In this document: positions 63,830-64,000 of the stretch, piece after piece | How positions within the stretch are numbered: the first letter of the stretch is position 1 | Layout of the letters: every line of letters starts with the position of its first letter | Origin: Glaucostegus cemiculus | Taxonomy: Eukaryota | Direction of reading: 5' to 3' | Assembly: GCA_976551045.1 (NCBI GenBank) | Contig: CDPCPM010000370.1 | Coordinates: forward strand, 744,001-808,000 | Length of the DNA stretch: 64,000 bases | Notes under the pieces: model-generated | The model's database searches: none | What the model was told of the DNA's origin: nothing | Seen by the model: only the letters and a program-made list of their open reading frames with translations | Translations under genes and position numbers: made by a program

Positions 63830-64000
63830 TTCTTCCCTGTGTCATTAGAGAGTTGATACCGTAAGCTGCCACTTACGATTCGTTGGCTGAGCAGGGCAGT
63901 GGGGCCTTGGTATTTGTACCTCTGCTCCGACATCGAGTTTCCACCCTGCAGCCGGAGAGTTACACGTTCAGAAAATGTAATCAGTAAAACTGCCTCGCGT
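63830..64000 (+). promoter_or_regulatory. Paralog of the upstream region of the 49469 V gene (a further V gene probably continues beyond the window)
   Basis: cctgtgtcatt(a/g)gagagttgat(a/c)ccgtaagctgcc..gattcgtt..tctgctccgaca..gcctcgc aligns with 49320-49490. Confidence 0.65.

Overview
Vertebrate genomic DNA, almost certainly from a cartilaginous fish (the IgM constant region looks batoid, i.e. ray or skate; V-SINE, CR1 and Rex/Babar repeats fit), with four N-gaps. Positions 1-13 kb hold the 3' part of an apparently intact IgM heavy-chain cluster on the + strand: Cmu1-4, secretory tailpiece, TM1 and TM2. Positions 14-64 kb look like part of a TCR alpha/delta V-gene field. It contains one apparently intact NAR-TCR-type cassette (leader, NAR-like V, 12-RSS / 23-RSS, J, then a leaderless 'supporting' Vdelta with a 23-RSS), an inverted orphan supporting-Vdelta pseudogene, at least six other decayed V segments on both strands, and a possible decayed leader-V-C1-TM gene. 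Four GPR139-like GPCR copies (one intact, three pseudogenes) are interspersed. Most notable: (i) a full IgM constant region about 23 kb from a co-oriented NAR-TCR cassette; (ii) the NAR-TCR V carries a long germline CDR3 and a 12-bp RSS facing a 23-bp-RSS J with no visible D, suggesting a germline V-D fusion or D-less NAR-TCR. All calls are by eye; no database search was run.
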